Positions 1 to 11,003 of a DNA stretch of 55,235 nt are shown here, one piece after another. The first letter of the stretch is position 1; every line of letters starts with the position of its first letter. The stretch covers positions 1 to 55,235 of the forward strand of contig MQRK01234412.1 in the NCBI GenBank assembly GCA_001938485.1, in the 5' to 3' direction. The DNA comes from Girardia tigrina. Its lineage: Eukaryota. The notes beneath the pieces are model-generated. The model saw nothing but the letters and a program-made list of their open reading frames with translations. It was not told the DNA's origin and did not search any database. A program made the translations under genes and the position numbers.

Positions 1-84
1 TTTTATAATTTATAAATTTTATATTTTAATTTAGTCCATATAAAATTAAAATTAATTAATTTGAATTTATTAGAGCATTTTTGA

Positions 85-252
85 GATGCAGAGATGCTAA
101 AATCTCAAAATTTCAGGCATAAGCCTACATAAAAAATTTCAGAACGATCGGATAAGTGGAAGTGGTCTAAAAAAGCGTGTGAAAAGTGAAACATCACAAA
201 CAAACAGAAAGGCAGACAGAACCCAAAGCAAGTTAAGTAAAACGTGGTAAAA
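85..252 (+). mobile_element. Helentron-associated (HINE/DINE-1-like) non-autonomous element end
   Basis: ACAA/ACAG microsatellite-like tract followed by AAGCAAGTTAAGTAAAACGTGGTAAAAA terminus; similar layout at 45700-45995. Family assignment is from resemblance only. Confidence 0.4.
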
Positions 253-2433
253 AAATTTAAAAATAGCTTGTTGCCAAATCAAGTTTAAAAAAATTGAAAT
301 TAAAATACCAAATCGTGATAAGTTTTTTTATTGTTTTTATTTACCAGTGTAGTTATTTTCGCTTTGTTATTGGCCCATTAAAAGTTGATTGGTTTTATTT
401 TTGAAATTCATTGTTGTGGCGTGTAAAATAAATTTTGTTTTCTTGTGTTGGCATTCATTTTTGTGTGATAATTTTTGTCTCAATTAAAATTTGGTTTAAA
501 TTGAAATATTTTTTTTGAGACTTTGAAAGTTGAAAAATTTTATAATTGAAATAGAAAAAGATATCGTTGACCTTGAGTTATTTTTCATTAATTAAAAAAA
601 GAAATTGTCATTTATGAAATCATTTTCAATAAAGAAAAGAAGGCCTTCTGATTTAAATTCTTAATAAAATCTCCTGTGTTTTAATATTCAGAAATTTTGT
701 GATAGATTCAACTTATTGTGTAATTGTATTTTAAATAAATGTTGGAAAATCCTTATATATGATGAAGTTATAAGCGATGATGTTAATTATAATGAAGAGA
801 TTGCATCTGATTATATATGATTGCCTAATTTGCATTACTTGTTTTTTTTTGTAATTGTAAAAGAGCTAACTGAAATGTGTTTCAGTGAACTCTTTTAAAA
901 TAAAAAATATATAATGAAATGTATACAATAAACTTTTATTTTTATACAATATTAACGAATATAAATAAATAACTAGCAAATCTTACACGGGATCATAAAA
1001 GTGAATGAAGTTAGAGTGTACGTAACGAAACATTTGTTGAGATTCCGATAGTTGATTGAAGAAAACAATGATGAACAGATAGATTTATTAACCGTCCTCA
1101 AATTAAATTATTCAATTCTTGTCATTTTAAGTATTTGGAAAGGACTACACATTTCCTTTTTTCTTCAGCTTCATCTTTATTTTGGTTTTCTTTGGAGGGA
1201 CTGATGATTTCCAATTAATAAATTTGCATATTTTTATTTTAATTTGAAATGTTTTTCTTAAAAAGATTAAATTTTTTGTTAATTGTAATTTTAATTTACC
1301 CTATTAAAGCGTTAAAGGCCCATGTTAATAAATCATGTTTGTATGTAGTGTGTATTATATTATTTTTGTGTGTTTAATGTGTGTGAATGTTTCTAATTGT
1401 AGGTATGTTTAATTTTTCTATATATTAAGGCCAGATTAAAACGGTTGTGTTGTATCTAATCGAAAAAATGATTGATTTTTATTTGTTGGTTTCTATTTTC
1501 TTATTAAATTTTAGTCATTTTTATGCCCTACTATAATGTTTTATTGCCCTAAGAAAACGTTAAAATGTTTATATATGTTAGTGACTTGATCACTACAGTA
1601 ATAATTATAGAATAAAAAGTGGTTTTTATTTTTGTATTTGTTATTATTTTCGTTACTTTTTAATTTAAAATTAACAAAGATTGATCCAATTTAGGAATTT
1701 TTAGAACTGGAACTTTCATTCTAAAACTAATCAGAATTTTACTAGATAAGAATTATTACTATTTTAACCACCTTAAATTGTAAGACAATTGTATGAATTT
1801 ATTCTACATATTAAAATGTGGGTGAGTTTATTTAAAGCGAGATAAGAAGGGGAGTGCGTTTAATCGAGGGTTACATGTAATCAAAAGGTTGCTCCAGTTC
1901 GATAAAATACGGTATGTAAGTAGCGTTTATGCCACTTTCATTAATATCACATTCTAAAGTCATAATTTAACACCAGCAAAAATTTATTAATATTTACAAT
2001 TCATATACTTAAACAAATTTCTTGTTACTTCAATTATTTCGCCCAAAATTAGTTCATTAAATTTTTTCGATTAAATTTTGAAAATATACAAAAATTTAAA
2101 TCTAAAATAATCTTACATTTTTTTTCAAAGAATTTTACAATATTAAATCTTAATTAATCTTATATTTTTTACAAAGAAATTTTACAATATTAAATCTTAA
2201 TTAATCTTATATTTTTTACAAAAATTTTACCCTTAAATAATTTACATTTTCTTACAAAAAATTTATAAATTTTTAATGTAACCAAATTTTACATTCTTAC
2301 GAAACTTAATCATAAAACTAATTAATTTAAATTTACAATAACCATTTTATTAAAAAAANNNNNNNNNNNNNNNNNNNNNNNNNNNNNNNNNNNNNNNNNN
2401 NNNNNNNNNNNNNNNNNNNNNNNNNNNNNNNNN

Positions 2434-3058
2434 ATTGTTATTACTGTAAAAATATTTTAAATAAGTATTTATTAATTTTCAAATTAATTTATAATTATTT
2501 ATAAATTTTCAAATTAAAAAAAACAATAAACTATTTTGGCGAAACTTAAAACTAACCCCTCATATCCCCTTCATATTCTTTAAGAATTTTCTCAATTTTT
2601 CCACGTTTCGATCTAAAATTGTTCCATCTTCATTTATTAGTTTATACCTTCTCTCATGTATTTTCTCTATCACTTTATACGGTCCTTCATATTTATCTTT
2701 ACTCTTTATCCCCATTTCAACCTTGACTAGTACTTCATCTCCGATTTCAAAATTTCTTTTTGTTGTTGTGTCTTCTTTTTCTTGCTGTAGCCTTATATCT
2801 TGACTATGCCATCCTTCTCTGTATATTTTCTTACCGAATATAATTTCNNNNNNNNNNNNNNNNNNNNNNNNNNNNNNNNNNNNNNNNNNNNNNNNNNTAT
2901 TAAAATATGTTAATTGTTATTACTGTAAACATATTTTAAATAAGTATTTATTATCATATTTTTACTCTACATTGTAATTGTTAATTTATTTCTTGTAAAT
3001 TTTCAAATTAAAAAAAACAATAAACTATTTTGGCGAAACTTAAAACTAACTCCTCATA
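2434..3058 (-). repeat. Two LTR copies (2434-2564 and ~2913-3058) of a gypsy element whose interior is collapsed in an N gap
   Basis: Direct repeat ATTGTTATTACTGTAAA...TTGGCGAAACTTAAAACTAACYCCTCATA on both sides of the integrase tail and the gap. Confidence 0.65.
2560..2847 (-). mobile_element. Ty3/gypsy integrase C-terminus plus polypurine tract
   Basis: Minus strand reads EIIFGKKIYREGW...RNFEIGDEVLVK...KYEGPYKVIEKIHERRYKL...RNVEKLRKFLK (GPY/F motif), then PPT GAAGGGGA and LTR start TATGAGGGG at 2564. Confidence 0.85.
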
Positions 3059-3170
3059 GTTCGAACTCACCAATGTTGGTTCATGATGGAGATTGAGAGG
3101 GAAAATTAATTAATTAATTATTTTTATAAATTCAAAAATATTAAAATTATCATTATTACTTTTGTTAGTA

Positions 3171-3444
3171 TCGTTAGTAGCGACGGGTGTGATGTACAAA
3201 GGACAGGGACGTAATCAGTGATAGCTAGTGACTTGCGCATACTAGGAATTCCTCATTCAAGTGGGATAATTTCAATCCACTATTCCTGGCACGACAGAGA
3301 TTCAGCAGGTTACCCGGTTATTTCTAGGTAGGAATAAAACTCGCTGGTACTACCATTGTAGCGCGCGTGCCGCCCCAGACATCAAGGGCATTACAGACCT
3401 GTTATAGATCCATTTCATTTAGCTAAACGCTATTTATTTCTCTA
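3171..3444 (-). pseudogene. 18S rRNA: Dispersed degenerate 18S (SSU) rRNA gene fragment, 3' region
   Basis: Reverse complement of conserved SSU motifs with substitutions: TAGCGACGGGTGTGATGTACAAAGGACAGGGACGTAATC, ACTAGGAATTCCTC, TGTAGCGCGCGTGC, ACATCAAGGGCATTACAGACCTGTTAT. Only ~270 bp, with no ITS or 28S context. Confidence 0.92.
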
Positions 3445-3650
3445 TAATTATTACGTTTGTTAGTATTTATATTATTATTTGTATTACTATTATTATTTGT
3501 ATTATTATTATTATTATCATTATTATTTGTATTAATTATTATAGTTATTATGTATAGAATTAGTTGTATTATTATTGCTGATAATTCTCTGATTATATTG
3601 TTGGATTTATTATTATCATTGTTTTATTATTATCTTTATTATTTTGCTCT
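3445..3650. repeat. (TTA)n-type low-complexity tract (another at ~4230-4445)
   Basis: Degenerate ATT/TTA trinucleotide repeat; explains the spurious 67-aa Leu/Ile ORF. Confidence 0.85.
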
Positions 3651-3680
3651 CTTTTGGTGAATTCTTTAATCGCTTCCAGG

Positions 3681-4107
3681 CAGCGGCGTAGCCAGGATTG
3701 CAGAGGGAGGGTTGAAAAAAATTCCTGAAAGATCTAGCAATCTTAAATATAATTGGGATGGCTAATTATGTTTTAATTTTTTCAGGGGTGGGGGTGTCTC
3801 CCGATTTTAACCCTCTAAACTTAAACGATCCTTAAGCTCCTTAAACGTTCCTCGGACCTCCTTTTTTCTCCCCGATTAAAATCCAATCAAGGGTTTCTAT
3901 ATTAATCTTTGTTTTCAGCCTCGCCAGTAGGGCCGAAAACGTGGATTAAAATGGGAACGTCCAATTGGATTTTAATTGGGGGAAAACGAGAGGTCCCGTT
4001 CCTCTAAGTTTTGTTTTTCGTAATATTTTTTTAAACAATTTTTAGGGCATTTTATCAGAGGGGGGGGTGGAAATCCACCAAATCACCCCCCCTTGGCTAC
4101 GCGCCTG
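3681..4107. mobile_element. hAT-type MITE, 427 bp
   Basis: Imperfect TIRs CAGCGGCGTAGCCAGG / CTTGGCTACGCGCCTG; perfect 8-bp TSD CTTCCAGG (3673-3680, 4108-4115). Confidence 0.85.
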
Positions 4108-4989
4108 CTTCCAGGAGACCCTAAATTAACCTGGCTCTTCTGCTATTGATGTAGGAAAGCATCATGGGCATTTTGGGTAAATTCAAAAACAATATATAAA
4201 AGAAAACATAAAAAATATTTTGGTATTAATATTCTTTTCATAATTAGTATAAGTATTATATTTATTATTATCATTATTGATATATTATTAGTATTATTTC
4301 TGTTATTATTATTTAATTATTAATATTAAGAAATTAGTATTAGTATTGATATTACTATTAGTATTTTTACTATCATTATTATTAATTATAATTATTTCTA
4401 TTATTATTATTGCTATTACTATTATTAGTTGTAATAATTATTTTTTTATCTTTTTATAGAATAATAAATAAACTTACAAATTCTTCAAATAATTCTTAAA
4501 TTTAATATTTATTTTTTTTAAATTAATACATTAGAAATTGGGTGTAATACCCTGACTGCAAAATAAAAAAACACATTGATTATTAAATTAAAAAAAATAA
4601 AAGAAATCCGAATCCTCCATTGTTTAATTATTTTATAAGTCCGATCTCTGTTCGTGTATTAATAAATAAAGATATTAATCAAATTTGGTATCTATTAACA
4701 TCAGTTATTATTATTAAAAAGAAATAGACCAAAGATTTCTTGTGAGATTAATTGTTCAAATATTTCGATAAATGTAAACAAAGAGAATCTCTTGCGAGAT
4801 AAATTACTTCATTTTTAACAATTGATTGTCGCTTGTGAGGTAATTCTGAAATTTTAAATCAGTTTAATCTCTCGCAAGATTGATATTGAATTCATTCCTC
4901 GAGTGAGAAATAAAAACTGAACTTATCGATGGAAGAACTTTCTTAGAGGAGTCAGAACTTTAAATAAAGAATTACTACACCATTTCAAC

Positions 4990-5113
4990 TTGTATTTCAA
5001 AGAATAGCTATTGAATTTCAAATTTTAAAATTGTATTTTAAATAATAACAATTGTATTTTAAATTCGTAAGTTGTATTTCAAAAAATAAAAATTGTATTT
5101 AAAAGAATAACAA
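4990..5113. repeat. 20/21-bp minisatellite, 6 units
   Basis: Units begin TTG(T/A)ATTT(C/T/A)AAA with lengths 21,20,21,20,21,21. Confidence 0.7.
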
Positions 5114-5217
5114 AAATATTTCATAATTCTTTAATATTAATTTAATTTTTACATTTTAAATATATCAGGTACTTATTGATATTATTTTCAGTTTAATTTT
5201 AATCTTAAGTTTTAGAA

Positions 5218-5400
5218 ATGAATCTATAAGACAAATGCAGCGTATGTCAGATTTCAATGTTATGGAAGCCGGTTGTGATATGTGACCCATACTGTCATCT
5301 GTTACATGAGAAGTGCTGTGAAGTCCTATTCACCAATGGGGAAGAAACTTGCCGAAACTGTCGCTCATTGCGTACAGGAAGTGAAGTAATTAAGAGGCAA
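5218..5400 (+). pseudogene. Degenerate RING-finger coding fragment
   Basis: MNL*DKCSVCQISMLWKPVVICDPYCHLLHEKCCEVLFTNGEETCRNCRSL has CxxC...C/H..HxxC...CxxC spacing. In-frame TAA at codon 4. Preceded by an intron-like GT..AG (5169-5215). Confidence 0.62.
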
Positions 5401-6199
5401 TTTTTGTTTGTCTTACCAAATTTTGTCTTTTATTTATTTGTTTGTGTTTGTATTATGAAGAGGTGACATGATTTTATTTGTCAGAGATTAGAATTTGAGT
5501 TGTAGGAAGCTTCATTTGTTGACAGTCACAAATATATAAATACATATTAGCGTTTATCGGTAATCTTTTGATTGGTAATTATCAATTATAATTAGACCTT
5601 TCTCTTTTTATGGATCTTCAGTAGCTAGAGGATGACGCTTATTATTTTTTAAAAATAAGAGTGTTTTTTTCTGGAAGGAAATTGTAATATTTATCCGGAT
5701 TATAATGTCAATTCAGTTGTTAGGTGATTTTTAAAAATATTTAATTATTGAACAAAGTTCAATTATTATTTTACATTTCTTATTTCAATTAATTCTTTTA
5801 TTATTAATATTTCTTTTTTTATATTTAAATATTTATAAATCGTCATAAAAATGCAAAATAATTCAGCGATTACAAAGCAGCAATTTTCATTCGAATAAGG
5901 ATTTTCATATGACAGGAGAAGAGAAAACTTGAAACATAAATAAATATAAAAATATGAGAATTTTAATTTAATTTCCGTAATATAATTAATTACTGAAGCT
6001 ATACAATATTAGATTGCGTTTAAGAACAAATTTATTTATTCAAAAAATTGTTATGACTAATAAATTGTCGTTTATTTTTTCTTATACAGTGAAGATCAAA
6101 TACTCAAGATACACATAAATAAATTTGGTGTCTGATTAATACAATTGTTAATTTTTGAAATACATATTGAAATGGTGTATACATTTTTGAATTTCCAAC

Positions 6200-6357
6200 A
6201 CCTGGAAGAATATTTTTTTTCAAGAGAAACTAAATTTTATGAATGGGGATTGAAGCTCTACCAACAAGATGACAAAAGGTCATTGATAACGATGGAAATT
6301 ATATAATTGATTAAAAATAAAATAAAAATCCTTTTTTGTTGCCACTACCCCTAATAT
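6200..6357 (+). mobile_element. mariner transposase 3' remnant
   Basis: LEEYFFSRETKFYE.GIEALPTR*QKVIDNDGNYIID* (frameshifted mariner C-terminus), ending CCCTAATA. Confidence 0.6.
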
Positions 6358-7444
6358 TTTTGATTTCTAAAAAATGTCATAATTATATTATTAGTTAAGG
6401 TGACAAGATGTTTATAACCGGTACAAGGACAGTTTTTAATAAAAACCGGGACAAAATCCGAACATTCATATACTTCGTTGATTCCCCTGCGTTAGGTTAA
6501 ATAAGAGATATTTTCCTACAATATTTATGTGAAAAAGGTGTATATTTTTGGGATTACAACAGGTTAAGATGACATAAATTTTTCTAAATTATCATTATAC
6601 AGAATTTGAATTTAAAATATTAAATTAAAAATAAATTTCTCGAATAATACTTCATCTTTTACGACCGATACACCTAAAATTTGAAGTTATATATAAATCA
6701 TACAAATTTAATATTAATAATTCTAAGATTATAAAAACATTACACATTAAAATTTAAAGTGAAGAGATAATTCACAAGGAACACTGCTAACATATAATGT
6801 TATTTGGACTCAATTAGCAATTTTGTTTGTAAGAATATATGTACAAATTAAATTAATTAAATATATTTATTACCGGTGAACGGCGCCCAGAAACAATTAA
6901 AAGTTATTTTAAGAGTAGGCGTGTTATAAATAAAAAAAATTAACGACTATTAGCTCTAATGATATTGGAAAATGATTTGGATCAAATGTAAATGCGCTTT
7001 AAATAACTCATCAAAAGTCAAATAAAAAAAATGAATTTAAAATTATACTAAATTTGACGTTACTAAAAATTTTAATTCTTAAATTAGTAAACACAAATAA
7101 ATCATTTAATTTGAGATTGTAATAATAAAAATAATCATTAAAAACTCGATTTAAATCTAATATTTCAATCGATAAGGAGATACAATTCTGACTAATGCAA
7201 CGAACACCGCCAAATTATTTCACATTTGTCTTCAAACTGTCAACTCAATTTGAAAATGGTTAAAAAAATATCCGCGTGTATCCGCATTAACGCCAGCGCA
7301 GCAAAAATTTAATATCGGCCAATTTGCCAAAAATAAAATCTCGAATTTGTGATTGCGTGAGAGGTGACAAACGTGTAACTGCACCTTTGCGGTGAAATAA
7401 TTATCCCATCAAAATCAAAAGTCCAATACAAAGATTCATCCACA

Positions 7445-7450
7445 TTTATT
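7445..7450 (-). promoter_or_regulatory. Poly(A) signal AATAAA of TCP1
   Basis: TTTATT on the plus strand ~30 nt past the stop codon. Confidence 0.55.
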
Positions 7451-7481
7451 CAGTACAAAATAGAACAGCAATATCGCGTGA

Positions 7482-9254
7482 TCAGTGGTCATCGTGGCAA
7501 CCGGGTTTCTTCGGCTTCTTCTCCTCGTCCAATTTCACCATATCGTCGATCCTGAGAATCGTGATGGCCGCTTCTGTCGCGAACTTGAGTGACTTGACCT
7601 TGGACATGGTCGGCTCGAACACGCCCATCTCCTTGTTGTCGGCCACCTGGCAGTTGAGCAAGTCGAACCCGTAGTACTTGAAGTGGGCGAGATCGGCGCT
7701 GTGCTGGCTCGAGTGGTGCAGCGCGCGCAATTTCGACACCATCTCCGTCGAATCGAGCGCCGCGTTCACCGCCAACTGCTTGGGGATCACCAGCAGCGCC
7801 TTGGCGAACTCGGCAATGGCGATTTGTTCCCGCGAGCTGATCGTCATGGCGTACTTCTCGAGATACACGTGCAAGGCGGCCTCGCACGCCCCGCCGCCCG
7901 GCACCAGCGATTTGTTCTCGAGCACGCGCTTGATCACGCAGAACGCGTCGTGCAGCGACCGCTCCATTTCGTCGACGTAGAAATCGTTGGCGCCTCGTAA
8001 AATGACACTGGCGGCGGAGCGCGCCTTACATCCGCGGATGATGATGAGCTCGTCGTCGCACACGCGCTCCTGGCTCACTTCCTCGGCGTGTCCGAGCAGC
8101 GACGAGTCGAACGCCTCCTCCCCATCGATATTGACGAGACTGACGCACAGATTTCCGCCGGTCGCCGTGGCGATCCGCTTCNNNNNNNNNNNNNNNNNNN
8201 NNNNNNNNNNNNNNNNNNNNNNNNNNNNNNNCCGCCTCACCGCCATCGCCCGCGCCTCCACGAAGTACTTCATGCACATGTCGTCGATGCCGCCCGTCGT
8301 CAAGATGACATTGGCGCCCGATTTCAAGATCTTCTCGATCATCTCCTTGGTGATGTCGGACTCCCTCCTCCTCACCTCCTCCAGCTTCTCGGGGTCGTTC
8401 ACGAGCACCTGCACGCCCAGCTTCAGCTTGGTCTTCTGCAAACTGAAGTCCAACAACGCGATCTTGGCGCCCTTCACGAATCTCGGCATCTGTTGCGTGG
8501 CGACCGTGCAGTTGAGCGCGTAACCCTGGATCAGCTGAGTCTCCTTCATCGACTTGCCGTGCGCTTTCAGCACGTTGATCGCTTTGATCGGATATCGATA
8601 ACCGCCNCCCGCCATTTTCGAATCGGCGATTCTCGTTGCCATGGCGGCGTCGAGCGCGAGATTGGCGAAGAAATCGCTGTCGCAGCCGATCAATTTCGAG
8701 GACATCGACGTTTTGGCGGCGTTCAAGATCGAATCTTTGCCGAGTTTGTCGACGTCCAGGGCGAGATTGGTCTGGAGATATTTGCACGCTTCGCGACACG
8801 CGATCCGATAACCGTTGATGATCGTTGTCGGGTGGATTTTCTGTTTGATCTGTTCTTCGGCCAGTTTCAACAATTCGGCGGCGATTATCACCACCGAGGT
8901 CGTTCCGTCGCCGACTTCTTTGTCTTGGAGTTGGGCGAGTTCGACGAGAATTTTCGCCGCCGGATGTTCGACTTCGAGTAGTTTGAGAATGGTCGCGCCG
9001 TCATTGCTGATTGTCACTTCGCCCACGTCGTCGACGAGCATTTTATCGAGACCGACTGGACCGAGACTCGTTTTGACGATGTTGGCGATCGTTTGGACGG
9101 CTAAAGCTAATTTGGGGATTAAAATTGGAGAAAAATTTTTTTTAATTTTTATTCATTGGGGTATTAAATTATGTTTACTGTTTTGTCGACGGACATTGTC
9201 ACCGGTAAATCGTTCACCGCTGATTGCAAGATTGCTTGTGACGTTTGATGACAT
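7482..9254 (-). CDS. TCP1: T-complex protein 1 subunit alpha (CCT/TRiC chaperonin)
   Basis: Exon 1 9254-9179 ([25 protein letters not shown]), 72-bp GT-AG intron 9178-9107, exon 2 9106-7482. Motifs [52 protein letters not shown]; alpha-type [12 protein letters not shown] and [11 protein letters not shown]. The 50-N gap (8182-8231) probably stands for ~17 nt, which gives ~555 aa. Confidence 0.98.
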
Positions 9255-9257
9255 TTT

Positions 9258-9316
9258 CTAGACTGAGAAAACATTTTCAATTAAAAAAATTGATATTCAA
9301 TTGTTGCTTAGACTAC
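9258..9316 (-). other. Probable 59-bp 5'UTR intron (or trans-splice acceptor) of TCP1
   Basis: AAG|GTAGTC ... TTTTCTCAGTCTAG|AAAATG immediately before the start codon. Confidence 0.5.
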
Positions 9317-10499
9317 CTTAACGATGATCGACTTTCTAGAATATCAAGACTGTAATCAAATTTTTGATAAATTTAAACAAAATGGAATTATGGATTTTTT
9401 TAAGAATAATTATTTTATTTTAAATTTGTTGAGAGATATAAGTCGAAAAATTAGTGATATTGCTTAGATTATGAAAAATTCTTTTTTTATTCGAAGCAAA
9501 GTAAATTATCTATTCATAAAATTTTTTAATTAAATTTTAAAATAAAAATCACAATTTTTATAATTTTAATTAAAAAAACTTTAGGAATTCTTTTTCGTTA
9601 TTTTCTCTTTTAAATTAAGATTAGATTTATTTGTTTTGATAAAAAAATTAAATTACACTGTTTCTATTTTTACGTGCTAGGTAAGTTTGAGAAAAGAATT
9701 GTGTAAAAGAGAATCATTAAAAAATACATTTAAATTAATTAAATTTGAGGTGCGTTTCTCATTGATAAAAAACGTGTAAAATTGAAAAAAAACAATAAAT
9801 CGTGCTAAAAACATACATTAGTTTTATATGGAATACAATCTCACCTCGTTAAACCCACACCCTCACTAACAGCCTAAAAATTCATGGAACCGTTTAAATA
9901 CGATTGAAAACACCTTAGAATCGCCATTCCCTCGGAGTCCACCAACCACCAATACAAATTAAGAACACATATATATGGATCCCTTTTTAAACCGTCAAAA
10001 TGAGTGTAAGATGAGTTTTTGTAAGATCCCCTTTGAGAAAAAAATTTAGAGATAAAGGAAGTTAGACTTTTATATTAATGTTGTAAAAGGAATTACTGAT
10101 GCCATGAAATATTTGAATCAAATTTTAATCATATGAATTTAAAATACTGAGAAAATTAGGTACAGTTCACGTTTATCAAGAGATTTAATTCGTAAAGAAA
10201 TTTTAAGAAATGTAATTAAAAAATTATGATTTCATGAAACAACCAGTTTATTCTGGAACCAAGTGTGGTGACTTAACGAGTTGAAACTGTACTAATGAAT
10301 ACTTATAAAAAACTTATTTTAAAAATAATAAATGAATAACTATAGAAAAACGTGTAAAAAAGAAAATATATACTTTTAAGAAAACGTGTAAAAAGAGAAT
10401 TAGTTGTAAAGTAATAACAAAATTAATGTTTTTTTATAAATTAACGTTCTATGTAATTAATTTATATTTAAAGTAATGATAAATCATAAGTTAAAGACA

Positions 10500-11003
10500 T
10501 CTACAATTAAAAGTTTGCATCAAAGTTTGACTCAAGCAGTTTAACTTGTTCCATAATTTTCCTGTAATCCAATGTATAGCGGCGTGATCAATCTAATGTT
10601 ATACGCTTACCGATAATAACTTCGGCCGGACTAAACCCAGTTGAACTTTGTCTTGAAGCGTTTATGCTAAATTCAATTTCTGATGAAATATCTATCCAAT
10701 TATTTCTTCCTTCATCTTTTAAGGATGCATTCAAGAAATCCCGGATGGTGCGGAATTAGCACTCTATCATTCCATTTGTATTGTGATGGTAAGGACTTGA
10801 ATATTGTACGTTTATTATCATGGACTTTGTAAATTCAAGAAACGAACGCGACTAGAAAGTCTTACCTCGGTCGACATGAATGCAAGCCGGAGCTCCGAAC
10901 CTAAATATCTATTGTCGTAATAATGTCTGCAGCGTTCTAGTCTCATCTTGATTACTGACAGCCGATAAACTAATATATCTACTAAATCTATCTATGATTC
11001 TAA
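10500..11003 (-). mobile_element. Ty3/gypsy integrase core (pseudogene), 3' part
   Basis: IIDRFSRYISL...FRFGAPACIHVDRGKTF*S...SSPYHHNTNGMIE...FRTIRD...TGFSPAEVIIG, with stops. Confidence 0.9.

Noticed and set aside
3457-3660. Hydrophobic membrane-peptide ORF (also 25432-26810 and 37668-37892 ORFs)
   Set aside because: Translations of low-complexity, skewed or microsatellite DNA.
8182-8231. 17-residue unknown segment suggesting an insertion in CCT1
   Set aside because: The 50-N length recurs at several gaps, so it is a placeholder; homologues need only ~6 residues here.
7482-9106. CCT1 as bacterial HGT or pure retrocopy
   Set aside because: Eukaryotic CCT-alpha motifs, a canonical AT-rich spliceosomal intron and a gradual compositional change argue against both.
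7489-9261. Long overlapping ORFs on other frames and strands of CCT1
   Set aside because: Shadow ORFs caused by high GC and few stop codons; no recognisable domains.
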